The position numbers and the translations under genes were made by a program. The notes beneath the pieces were generated by a model. It had not been told where the DNA came from, made no database searches, and was given only the letters and a program-made list of their open reading frames with translations. From Eledone cirrhosa (taxonomy: Eukaryota): DNA of 64,000 nucleotides. Shown here in pieces: positions 1 to 10,227 of the stretch. Each line of letters starts with the position of its first letter. Positions within the stretch are counted from its first letter, which is position 1. The stretch covers positions 297,414,001 to 297,478,000 of the forward strand of contig OZ024742.1 in assembly GCA_964016885.1 (NCBI GenBank), read 5' to 3'.

Positions 1-3000
1 GAGTAAACAACATCTGATCCCTCTTATCTCTAATTTTTTCCTTAGTTCGTTTATGCTTTGCCGTTCACGTATATTACTGTTACACATCCAGCGGAGCATG
101 CAAGCTTCATTCCTCTCTAGTCTGCGTATATCCTCTGCACACAATGCCCAGGTCTCACTGCCATGCAGCATTGCTGTTCGTATGCAGGCATCGTACAACC
201 TGCCTTTCATTTTTAGGGAGAACCCTTTAGCAGCTAATAGTGGTATAAGCTCTCTGAACTTTTTCCAACCAGTTCTGACTCTAGCTACAGTACTTTCAGA
301 GCACCCTCCCCCACTGCTGATTTTATCGCCCAGGTAACGGAAGCTGTCCACTATTTCTATAGAACCCTCTGCGCAATTGAAAGAGCTAGTATTTTGTGGG
401 CACTTGCTGCTACTTATTGCACCAGAACACCGGCCACATGTAAAATCTATGTTTTTAGTTAGCTTACCTTTGATCCCACTACATCTTTTATGCACCCATA
501 CTTTGCATTTAGGACATAAAATGGAGTTTCTACCTACGCCTTTCCTACACACCGAGCACGACCATTTCCCAGAAGGGATCGCCGCCTTGTTTTCTTTCCT
601 ACAAACTAGAACTTTGGTCTTAGCCAGGTTAATTTTAAGTCCTTTTGACTCTAGGCCGTGCTTCCATGTTTGGAATTTCTTCTCTAGCTCGGCCATTGAT
701 TCCGCTATGAGTGTCAGGTCGTCTGCGTATAGGAGTTCCCATGGGCAGCCTGTCTTGAACTTCTCTGTTATAGCCTGAAGGGCAATAATAAATAGTAGGG
801 GGCTGAGAACAGAGCCCTGATGGACGCCAACTTTTACGCTAAACTCTTCACTATATTCGTTGTTAATTCTAACCTTGCTGACTGTTTCTTTATACATGGC
901 TTGTATAGCCCTCACAAGCCATTCGTCAACGCCTAGTTTTCTAAGAGCCCACCAGATAATGGAGCGGGGGACTCTGTCGAAGGCTTTCTCCAAGTCGACA
1001 AAAGCTAAGTAGAGGGGTTTACCTTTAGCTAGGTACTTCTCCTGTAGTTGTCGTACTATGAAAAGAGCGTCTGTGGTACTTTTGCCTGACACAAACCCGA
1101 ACTGCATTTCATCTAGGTCAATTCTCTCTCTGATTAGTTGCGCTATTACTTTTTCCGTGACCTTCATGACCTGGTCGATTAATTTAATGCCTCTATAGTT
1201 ACTCCTATCTAGGGCGTCTCCTTTACCCTTATAACAGTTAACGATGATGCTGCTATGCCAGTCCTTCGGAACAACCCCATTCTGTACGACTTGGTTAACT
1301 ATGCGGGTGACCATGGTGTGTCCCACCGTGCCAGATGCCTTCAGCATCTCAGCAACTATTTCCGAAGGCCCAGCCGCCTTACCCGTCTTCATATCCTTGA
1401 TTGCCTTACTTATTATACTCCCCTCGACTAACACTGCTGGTCCCTCTATTGGGTCGATATGGGGGAGACTGTCTTTCTCCCATTTATTCTCCTCATTTAG
1501 TAGCCTTTCATAGTGACACTTCCAAGCTACCTTCTTATCAGCGTCGGTGATGGCAAGTGTGCCATCGTCGTTTAGTACACACTTCTCCCCGACAATATCA
1601 CGGTTTTCCTTGACGCATTGCCTAGCAATCCTGAACACCTCACGTTTTTGGTCATCGCGTTGTAGAACATGCTTGAACTTTCTTTCCTCAGCTTCCCTTC
1701 TTGCTAAGTACACTTGTCTCCTAGCTTCCCTCCTGGCCACTTGATAGTCTTCTCTACTTCCCCCATCCCGCCATACTTTCCAAGCCTGCTTTTTGGCCTT
1801 AATTGACCCCTCCACCTTACTGTTCCACCACCATGTTACTCTCCTCCTGCCTACAGGCCTGCTCCAGCCACAGACTTCGTCTGTCGCCAACAGCAGGTTT
1901 GCTTTCAGAAATTCCCACTCTCCCTCTATATTGTCCGACTCTAAATGTTCTTCCTTACTGTCGAAAGCATCAAGTAATATGCTTTGAAATTTATTCCTGG
2001 CTGTGGGGTCCTTTAGCTTCAATATTTTTCTCCTGAGGATAGTCCTCTTCTGCTGTCGAGTACGTCTCGTCCTGACTATGAGGTCGCTAATTATCAGTCT
2101 ATGTTGGGAGGTGCATTCTTCATGGGGGAGGGATTTAGTATTTACAACAGACACTCTGTCACGTCTTCTGGTAAGGATATAATCTACCTGGCTTGTGTGT
2201 TCCCCGGATCTATAGGTGATCAGGTGATTGTCACGTTTTTTGAAGTTAGTGTTACAGATAGTTAGGTTATTTGCATCACAGAATTCCAGGATTCTGGAGC
2301 CTTCCTCATTTCTAGTACCAAACCCATAGCCTCCATGGATTTCGTCGTAGCCGTCACAATGTTGTCCAACGTGACCATTTAGGTCGCCTGCAATAATTAT
2401 ATAGTCACTGTCGGATATTTGGGAGGTAGTTAGCATCAGTGTCTCATAGAATCTGTCTTTTATAGTGCCGGGCAGTCCGGATTGGGGTGCGTACGCAGAT
2501 ATTACTGTCACCGTAGTTCTATTGAGGACAAGTCGTATTTTAATTATTCTGTCGTTCACTCTATTTACGTCTATTATCTTATCTGCCCACTTTTCTGCTA
2601 CCATGATTCCTACTCCACCCAGCCCATCGTCGTTTCCCACCCAGAAAAGCTTATAACATCGTTTTTTACCCTCAATGAACCTAGCCGACCCACCCCTCCA
2701 CCTGGTCTCTTGAATACAACAAACATCGACCTCCTTACGTTCAAGCATTTCTACAACCTCGTTAGCGCGACCCTTTAGGGTGCCTACATTTATGGTACCA
2801 ACTCTGAAGTTTTGGATTGCGTTTGGGGGTTGGGGGCGGTGGGGGGCGGGGGGCGATGGGATTATGTTAGCCGTCCGCGGTCGAAACAATGAGGAGTGCT
2901 CGCATTCTCGTCCAAGAGGTGAATTTGTCTTTATCTTTGGCATTGTCGCTGAGCGTCCAGATTTTTCTCTCCCTCTCCTCCACTCTCCAGGATTCCGCAG

Positions 3001-3009
3001 TCCATCCAT
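1..3009 (-). CDS. RTE-clade non-LTR retrotransposon ORF (APE endonuclease + reverse transcriptase), LINE A; open and running off the left edge of the window
   Basis: Hand translation from ATG at 3009 (in-frame TGA at 3013-3015 upstream) reads MDGLRNPG...NFRVGTINVGTLKGRANEVVEMLERKEVDVCCIQETRW. PWELLYADD lies at ~715-745. The same frame at positions 1-51 reads NELREKLEIRGIRCCLL, collinear with the 1030-aa ORF at 25500-28592. Its absence from the ORF track is consistent with no stop codon inside the window. Confidence 0.93.
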   Translation of the reverse strand, partial: MDGLRNPGEWRRGREKSGRSATMPKIKTNSPLGRECEHSSLFRPRTANIIPSPPAPHRPQPPNAIQNFRVGTINVGTLKGRANEVVEMLERKEVDVCCIQETRWRGGSARFIEGKKRCYKLFWVGNDDGLGGVGIMVAEKWADKIIDVNRVNDRIIKIRLVLNRTTVTVISAYAPQSGLPGTIKDRFYETLMLTTSQISDSDYIIIAGDLNGHVGQHCDGYDEIHGGYGFGTRNEEGSRILEFCDANNLTICNTNFKKRDNHLITYRSGEHTSQVDYILTRRRDRVSVVNTKSLPHEECTSQHRLIISDLIVRTRRTRQQKRTILRRKILKLKDPTARNKFQSILLDAFDSKEEHLESDNIEGEWEFLKANLLLATDEVCGWSRPVGRRRVTWWWNSKVEGSIKAKKQAWKVWRDGGSREDYQVARREARRQVYLARREAEERKFKHVLQRDDQKREVFRIARQCVKENRDIVGEKCVLNDDGTLAITDADKKVAWKCHYERLLNEENKWEKDSLPHIDPIEGPAVLVEGSIISKAIKDMKTGKAAGPSEIVAEMLKASGTVGHTMVTRIVNQVVQNGVVPKDWHSSIIVNCYKGKGDALDRSNYRGIKLIDQVMKVTEKVIAQLIRERIDLDEMQFGFVSGKSTTDALFIVRQLQEKYLAKGKPLYLAFVDLEKAFDRVPRSIIWWALRKLGVDEWLVRAIQAMYKETVSKVRINNEYSEEFSVKVGVHQGSVLSPLLFIIALQAITEKFKTGCPWELLYADDLTLIAESMAELEKKFQTWKHGLESKGLKINLAKTKVLVCRKENKAAIPSGKWSCSVCRKGVGRNSILCPKCKVWVHKRCSGIKGKLTKNIDFTCGRCSGAISSSKCPQNTSSFNCAEGSIEIVDSFRYLGDKISSGGGCSESTVARVRTGWKKFRELIPLLAAKGFSLKMKGRLYDACIRTAMLHGSETWALCAEDIRRLERNEACMLRWMCNSNIRERQSINELRKKLEIRGIRCCLL

Positions 3010-3049
3010 CCATCATATATCGAAAGGCAACCAGGCAAGCGATAGTATA

Positions 3050-3830
3050 GGCCTCTGGCTTCTGATTGGTCCGCGTAATAATACTGGTGATGCGTGGGGG
3101 CTCTGGCTTATGATTGGTCCACGTAATAGCAGTGGTGGTGCGTGGGGGCGGCAGGGAGGGGTGTTGGGTAGCTAGATAGGAGGTAATGATTGAATGGCGT
3201 CCTTAGCTAGATAGGAGGTAATGATTGAATGGAGTCCTTGCACATTTAACAAGCGATTAACAAAAATACAAAATTTGTTCTGTTCAATACGCTAGAATTA
3301 GGAATTGTGTGTTAGGCGTTTGACCGCCATGCCTTCGAAGTAGCGGGTGGGGGGGGGGGGGGTCGAGTAAGCGGGAGTTTCGAAAGAAGGAAGAAGGAAA
3401 GGATTTTGTTTTTTGTTTTGAAAATACGCTAGAATTAGGAATTGAGGTTTGAAAATACGCTAGGAATTAAGGTTTGAAAATACGCTAGATTAAGAATTAA
3501 GGAATTTATAAGAAGGAGAAGAGATAGGAGGTAATGATTGAATGGGGTCCTTGCACATTTAACAAGCGATTAACAAAAATACAAAATTTGTTCTGTTCTA
3601 TACGACCAAAAACTATCGTATCTAACAATTAATAAATACAAAAAATGTAGATTGTTTTAGCGATAGATTGGCTATTTGGACTTGATACGAAATATGGATT
3701 GTTTTGAAAATACGCTAGAATTAGGAATTGAGGTTTGTGGAGGTAGAGATGAATACGCTAGAATTAGGAATTGAGGAATTAGGAATTGAGGAATTAGGAT
3801 TGTGGAGGTAGAGATGAAGGAAAATATGTA
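3050..3830. repeat. Nested direct duplications in LINE A 5' region
   Basis: A 48-bp duplication (TGATTGGTC at 3063 and 3111); a 34-bp tandem duplication at 3171-3238; an ~80-bp direct repeat at ~3208-3290 and ~3522-3604; and about six copies of AATACGCTAG(A/G)ATT...GGAATT. Confidence 0.85.
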
Positions 3831-3898
3831 CATTACGTTACATGAAATCGTGAGGTAGACAGCAAAGCAATGAAATTTGGCGAAGTGAATTCGAAATG

Positions 3899-4060
3899 AA
3901 TATATATTTATATATATATATATTTATATATATATATATTTATATATATATATATTTATATATATATATATTTTTATATATATATTTATATATATATATA
4001 TTTTTATATATATATTTATATATATATATTTATATGTATATATATTTTTATATATATATT

Positions 4061-4131
<71 letters not shown>
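3899..4131. repeat. Interrupted (TA)n microsatellite
   Basis: Read directly; TA dinucleotides punctuated by TTT. Confidence 0.97.
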
Positions 4132-4132
<1 letters not shown>

Positions 4133-4324
4133 AGTTGTAATATAATGAAACGAAATTTCATTTCTCACTCTTAGTAATGGCACTTACTTAAATGTAAGTA
4201 TGTATGTATACGTACATACATACATGTATACAGACGCACAGTAGCATGCATATATATATATATATATATACATACAGGTACACATATATATATGTACGTA
4301 TCAGTTTAGCGAACGTTTATTATA

Positions 4325-4572
4325 ACGCCCGCCCTGCCCGCCTGTAAACAAGCAAACAGCCTGATCCATGCCATACGGTGTTAAGGCAACCACGTCACCT
4401 TTTTGTTCAACACTGACACAGGAACGATGTACTAGTTTCAAGCCCGTTAGCCATCACCAGCACCGTACACCCCTCTGCCAGATAGTTGAACGCTCGAAAG
4501 TATATACTTTCCCCATGAAAATCAACGGCCGAGCAGCCCAATTTGCACATCGAGTGAGTTAAGTCGGCCAAT
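4325..4572 (+). promoter_or_regulatory. CpG-rich non-repetitive patch, possible host promoter or first exon
   Basis: GC-box CGCCCGCCC at ~4326, forkhead-like TGTAAACA/GCAAACA, GGCCAAT at ~4566 and a donor-like GTGAGT at 4554, all in an otherwise CpG-poor background. Confidence 0.25.
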
Positions 4573-4894
4573 GTATTTATTAATTGTGAATGTTTAGCAG
4601 GAGACCCAGGGGTAGATCCTGAGCAAGATGGTTGAATAACATCAATGAGCTTGGCTGATGTAAAATACAATATCAAGCATTGTAGAGACCATCAACCTCC
4701 AGCTATCATCACATCTGATTTCTTTAAGAAGGTCAGACATAACAATTTGGCATCGTGCTTATAAACGTTATGATATTAATTTAAATTTGATAAATATTGC
4801 AAACATTTCTCATAGATTCTCAAAACATCTTGAAATTATCCTATTCAATCCTCCCCTAGGTGATCCAGTAAGATTCCCCACTGATTTCACATGT

Positions 4895-5245
4895 CACTTC
4901 CATTCACCACGGTCATTCATGATAGTCTTAAGCTCATCTACTGTTCCATCTTTGTGTTCTCTAGCAGATTGTCCATGTAGGTGAATTTTCTCCTTTCTCT
5001 AAATGTTCTTCCCTCAGTAGATTGCCAGAGCACTAACATGTTTGCAACCTTATCATTGTGTCTGATGCAGTGGTCTACGCATTGCATCCTTCTTTGTTAA
5101 GCTTTTAATGAAATATTTGGAAGATCATCATAAAGTTCTGCATTTGTTATATGGCTTCTTCGTGACACATTGAATGCTATCCTAAGCATTCTGGTGTTGC
5201 ATCTATCTAATTAGATTTTTAAGGCTTTTATAAGTGTCTATGAAA
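4895..5245 (-). pseudogene. Decayed 3' fragment of an RTE/RTE-X-like LINE ORF
   Basis: Minus-strand translation with stops, LDRCNTRMLRIAFNVSRRSHITNAELYDDLP...QRRMQCVDHCIRH...LVLWQ...TYMDNL...IMNDRGEW, is collinear with the 8037-8456 peptide. Confidence 0.75.
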
Positions 5246-6097
5246 CCAAATTTAAAATCAGGTTCCATTAATTATCATTTATTTAACACGCAGAAAATAT
5301 TATTTATTCGAAACTTGAAATCTGAAATGAAAATCTGACTCAAAAAGAATTTTGGTTGTAACAATAATAAAAATGAAAGTGTTATCAATTCAAAAATTAA
5401 TTAAAATACCTATGAATTAAAGGCAATTTCCAAAGAAGATTTGGTAAGATATTCTAGTAAAAAAAGACTTGGCTGTATAAAAATCCAAGAGATTTTAACA
5501 TGATTGAATTTATTTTATTACAAACTTTATTGAAGTAAAAATATTTTATGGTTAAATGTGCATAAAAAATATCAAAATGACAGTTAAATTGCAAGCCTTG
5601 TAAAATGTTGCTTGACAGTTTTCCCCCTGTTAGAAATATGAGTATATCTCATTCAAATCATATACCCTATTCTATTGTCTTAAAAAAGGAGGGATATATA
5701 GTATAATGTAGTCTTAGATACACTCACTTTATTTGGAAAATGAGATGTTGAAATCCAAACACAGATTTGTTACAATGATCATAGCATTAGAAAATCAGGT
5801 AAAATACCCTTAGGGAGAAAATGAGGGGCCACAAGTTGTGAGCCACTCATTTAAAGTGTATGAATAAGACCTAATCACCTGATCTCAGCACACTACAGTT
5901 TTCAAACCCATTCAAGCATTGAAAATAGATATTAAATAGTGATGATGTGTATATATATATATAGTAATAATAATAAATTTGAAGACTAAAATCCAAAGAG
6001 GGCTCGATAAGGATAAATATATATCCGATATATAAGAACCGTAGAGCAAATATTTATTAAAACTTTAATCTGTTATTTTAATAATATATATATATTT

Positions 6098-6193
6098 TTA
6101 TGAAAATTTCAGGACCCCCTGCCATTTCAACAGCTAGATCTGAATTGTTGAATTGGCAGGAGCTCAGCTGTTGGGGTCCCAAATTTTTCATAA
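6098..6193. repeat. Nested imperfect palindrome
   Basis: Inner arms CCTGCCATTTCAACA / TGTTGAATTGGCAGG (14/15 match); outer arms TTATGAAAATTTCAGGACCCC / GGGGTCCCAAATTTTTCATAA. Confidence 0.75.
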
Positions 6194-6316
6194 TACCTAC
6201 TCTACAACCCCAAGTATCGAATACATTCATGAGTAATGGTCTAACTGGTTTTTACCGCTTCTATTCTGATAGCTGTAAGAGAGATAAACATATATTATAA
6301 AGGATACTATAATAAT

Positions 6317-6505
6317 TGTTTCTACTTTTGGCACACGGCCAGCAATTACTCAGTGTATTACTGGTACTTTATTTTATCGACCCCGTAAGGATGAAAGGCA
6401 TAGTTAACCTCGGCGGGATTTGAACTCAGAATGGCAAGGGCCGTAACTCTATGCGTTAAAGCATGGCGTCCGACCCTCTACTGATACTGCCAATCCAGTG
6501 CACAA
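6317..6505 (-). mobile_element. tRNA-derived SINE family 1 (short form)
   Basis: A-box TGGCAGTATCAGTAG and B-box GAGTTCAAATCC on the minus strand; core CCTTTCATCCTTACGGGGTCGATAAAAT; 14-bp TSD GATACTATAATAAT at 6303-6316 and 6506-6519. Confidence 0.9.
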
Positions 6506-6596
6506 GATACTATAATAATGACTCAAAACTGGGTTTGGAAATAATTATTCATTTATTCTTAAACTGGTTTTAATAATTAGTGTGTGTGTGGTAGGG

Positions 6597-6812
6597 AAGT
6601 GGATCGGCAGTATCGGTAGAGGGTTGGACGCCAGGCTTTGCAACAGAAAGTTACAGCCCTTTATGATCTGAGTTCAAATTCTGTCAAGGTTAACTTTGAC
6701 TTTCATCCTTACAGGGTCAATATAAAATAAATTGCCAGTCATGCACTGGGGTTGATTTAATCGACTTTCCTTCCCTCAAAATTGCTGGCCTTGTACCTAT
6801 ATATAAGAAGCC
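6597..6812 (+). mobile_element. tRNA-derived SINE family 1 (long form)
   Basis: Same head and core with an extra GTTGATTTAATCGACT...CCCTCAAA segment; flanking repeat AATAATTAGTGT at 6572-6583 and 6813-6824. Confidence 0.85.
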
Positions 6813-8005
6813 AATAATTAGTGTTTGGTAAAGCAATGATGCTGCTTTTAAAAGATCTTTAATTGGTCATATCGACAACAGTATTTATATTTTCTAATGT
6901 GAAACTTATTCGATTGCTCTCTATTCTCAAACATTTAAGTTTACTAGTTATAAACACATATGTGCAGAGCCACATGTTTACACACATATGCACACAGGCA
7001 CACATACATATGATGGGCTTCCATACAGTTTCCATTCTCAATGCATTGCATTAGTCAACCCAAAATTTTTGGGCCACCCCTCACAGCCATGTGATATCAA
7101 CATGCCCCCTAACCCTATTTCCAGAGAGACAAATTGTAAATAATATACAATAAATAAAATAGTTAATTTACATATAACAAATAATATAATATATATACTA
7201 TGTATAAATAAATATTATATATTCTTTATTTTACTATATTTATATATATGCATCATTTGATATTTAATATACTATTATACCATCTTTCCATCGCCCCATA
7301 AGTTCAACTCCTTGCACTTTGAGACCCCTGACCTAAGCTACAGCAGCTATGAATTGAGGAAGGAAACTTTTACTCTACCATAATTTGAATTGAGACTGGC
7401 AGACAAATTATTTAGTTTAATAATTTACAGAAATAACTCAACGTTGAGTTTTGGACATATTAGTAGCTATTTCGGATGGATACAATTAGAGTAATATTCT
7501 AATTATAATGTCAGATTTTATAGAGTCTGTAATCTGTACATTCATCACCTAGCAATAATTCTCTGATGTAACACACACTCGATGTAACATTTGCTATTCA
7601 CTTATTCCATCACAACTTGCATGTTAACAGAGAATAAAGAAAACAATTTCTAATTATAGCTCTTCACCATATGTCTGAAGCCAATGGTCAATTTCAAATT
7701 ATATGAAGATTGCTACTAAAATTGTATCAGTTAAAAACCACTATTAAAATCTCATCTCACTTTAATTGCTATATATTTATATGAAAATGGAATAGTAAAC
7801 CATATATAATTTCAATTTAAGATTATAATAGATTTAATCCATTGTTAGATAATTGTTATTGGTAGCACCAGCAATATTTCAACAGTTAACACTTCCATTA
7901 CCTTACTTCTAACAAAAGACACTACATACAAGTTTCAAATCATTTTTAAAATAAACAATAATTTTGAAAGATTTAGTAATATAAATAACTTTCTCATTAT
8001 TGTAA

Positions 8006-8468
8006 AGACCTGAAGATCCGCCTCTTCGTTGCTGTAGTGGAGTCTGTGCTGCTGTACGGGTCTGAGACTTGGACACTGACCAAGAAACTCACTCAGATGG
8101 TGGATGGGTGCTACACGAGAATGCTGAGGATGGCTCTGAACATTAATCAGTATACACTGAGGATGAAAAACTCAGAGCTGTATGGGAGCCTCCCAAAAGT
8201 CAGCTCAAAAGTGACACAGAGGAAACTGAGGTTAGCTGGACATGCTCACCGACATCCAGAGTTGACATTGTACTCAGTGCTTCCATGGGAGACCCTACAT
8301 GGACACACTGGAAGAGGAAGACCAAGGTTAACGTATGTTGATTCCCTAAGGACAGACACTGGTCTGTTGGAGACGCAGGACATGGCAGCGATAATGAGGG
8401 ACAGAGACTGCTGGAGAGAACTCGTTCATGGATCTCGGGAATTTTACCTGCCCTAGATAGATAGACAG
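8006..8468 (+). mobile_element. 5'-truncated RTE/RTE-X-like LINE, C-terminal ORF fragment still open
   Basis: Peptide LKIRLF..VESVLLYGSETWTLTK...DGCYTRMLRMALN...LRLAGH...GRGRPRLTYVD...MRDRDCWR is typical of the RTE C-terminus; followed by a short (GATA)n tail. Confidence 0.85.
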
Positions 8469-8759
8469 GAACATAACTTAAGAAAGATACTTCCATAAAA
8501 TTGCGATAGTATGTTTCTAAATATGAACATTTTTGTATCATAGAATCAGAGGCAGTTTCAGGCAATTTTGTTTCAAAAGAGTTAGACAAAGATACCAGTT
8601 GATTATCTCTGAATTGCTTAATGATTTTTTTAACCTACCAGTCATTTATTGCTTCACATACTTATATTTTAAAATATAAATTTGATTTGGTAGGGGACAT
8701 ATATCTGAATCTAAGAACCTTGTATAACAATTTATAAACACCTTATAATGTAGAGTCAT

Positions 8760-9050
8760 CAACACCATCATACTTTTACATTCACTTTCCATCCTAGCAT
8801 GAGTTGGACAGGTTGTCATGGTCCAAGTCTAGACACATTGGAGAGGCATCATCTTGCTCATACATTGCATATTTCACATGGATTCTATGGCTGGATGCCC
8901 TTACTAATGCCAACTACTTTACAGAGTGTACCATGTGCATATTATTATGGCACAAGCACTACCACTTAATAGAATGTACTTGGTACATTTTATATCTTGG
9001 TGCCAGCACTACCTCTTTACAGAGTAGACTTGATGCATTTTATCATTGCA
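8760..9050 (-). mobile_element. Decayed RTE 3'UTR-derived remnant (one of about 12; others near 10660-10990, 11100-11475, 17030-17265, 18630-18870, 41690-41910, 44700-44990, 45250-45420, 46150-46420, 54500-54785, 60545-60840, 63500-63790)
   Basis: Degenerate matches to LINE B 3'UTR motifs (CACCCAGTACAC..TGTAAAGTGGTTGG..TTAGGAAGGGCATCCAGC, and CCCATGCTAGCATGGAA..GGACGT) followed by (GAT)n. Confidence 0.7.
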
Positions 9051-9882
9051 TGTGTTTTAATAACAATATACTGTTAGAAATATGAGCTATGTCTCCTTCA
9101 AATCATACCCCCTACTTTACTGTTATTTTGTCTAACACTAACGGTTATGTTAGTCCATCACTCTGGTTGCTACATCATGTTATGAATCCTAAAAGGATGA
9201 AAGACTAAGTTGGCCTCAGCATGATTTGATTACTGTGCAGAGAGTCAGAATAAATATCATAAAGCCTATGCTCTAATGGTATTTTGTACTATATTCTAGC
9301 ACCATTTTATCCTACAATCTAATGCCACTTTGTTGTACACTCCAGCACTGTTTTGTTTGTTCTATACTCTAAGAAGTATTTTGACTTATGCTCTATTTAT
9401 TATTGATGCTCACATCAAGGAAATTGAATAATTTACTGTCAAGATTCTTCTTCTATCAAAAGTTGCATTGAATATATATTTTAAGATATGTTTTCCCTAT
9501 AAAAGTAATCTTGTAAGTGGTAGTAGTCTCTCAAACTCTTATCTTACATTTCAAAATTGATTTGCGATGTTGCCAACCACAACACCACTACTACTATAAT
9601 AACACCTAGTTTTATAGGATACTTTAAAAGAACTTTCAATTAACTATATCTTCAATTTAATTCATAACTCATAGCTGTCAGTGTGTTAAGAAACAATGAT
9701 AGCGACATTAACAGTAATAAATATTGTTTTCTTGGGATATGTTTCATATTGCATTGGTTTAAAATTTCTTTTTGTAATTGATGAGGGGGGATCTGACAAC
9801 ATGATTCAGAAAATTGTAGTCTTCAATATATCAGGATATATATTTAGAATTCTGACATTCATCAAATTAAACATAATTTTAC

Positions 9883-10227
9883 TTAACCCTTTCATGACAA
9901 TATTTCTAGTGAAATATTCTATATTTTAATTAACTAATGAAAACTTTAGAACTAAAATAAAGCCCATCATTAACACCACCACACTCCATTTCTTTCTATG
10001 AAATATAAGGTAAAAGTGTAAATTGTTGTTTGTGCTTCATCTTATTGTGGCTTTTCCCAAGATAACCCAAACCATATTGTTTCATTAAGGTGGAATATGT
10101 AATAAATACTTTTCATATAAAATTATGATGGAATATTTTGATTTAAGTTAGAGTCTTCTTTAAAATGGGGTAGTTTGTCTCATAGAACCAGAAGAAGTAT
10201 TGGATGAGTTGGTGTCAAAAGAGTTAA
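9883..10227. mobile_element. piggyBac-like MITE (TTAA-flanked); related ends near 8540-8585, 19322-19530, 53919, 57617, 60290-60337
   Basis: Begins TTAACCCTTTCATGAC and ends GGTGTCAAAAGAGTTAA; the subterminal CATAGAA(C/T)CA...GGT(A/G)TCAAAAG(A/G)GTTA motif recurs in the window. Confidence 0.55.

Larger units (their letters stand above)
1..3898 (-). mobile_element. RTE LINE A including ~0.9 kb putative 5'UTR; 3' end outside window
   Basis: The ORF above plus upstream 3010-3898, which shares motifs with the 5' region of LINE B (TGATTGGTC, GAAATYGTGAGGTAG, TAGGAAYTGAGG, poly-G). The segment ends at a TA-rich run; the 5' boundary is approximate and no TSD can be checked. Confidence 0.75.

Noticed and set aside
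53-3175. Plus-strand ORFs over LINE A (also 25271-28152 and 47146-47787)
   Set aside because: They are antisense shadows of the RT coding sequence.
3896-4174. 92-aa YI-repeat ORF
   Set aside because: Translation of a (TA)n microsatellite.
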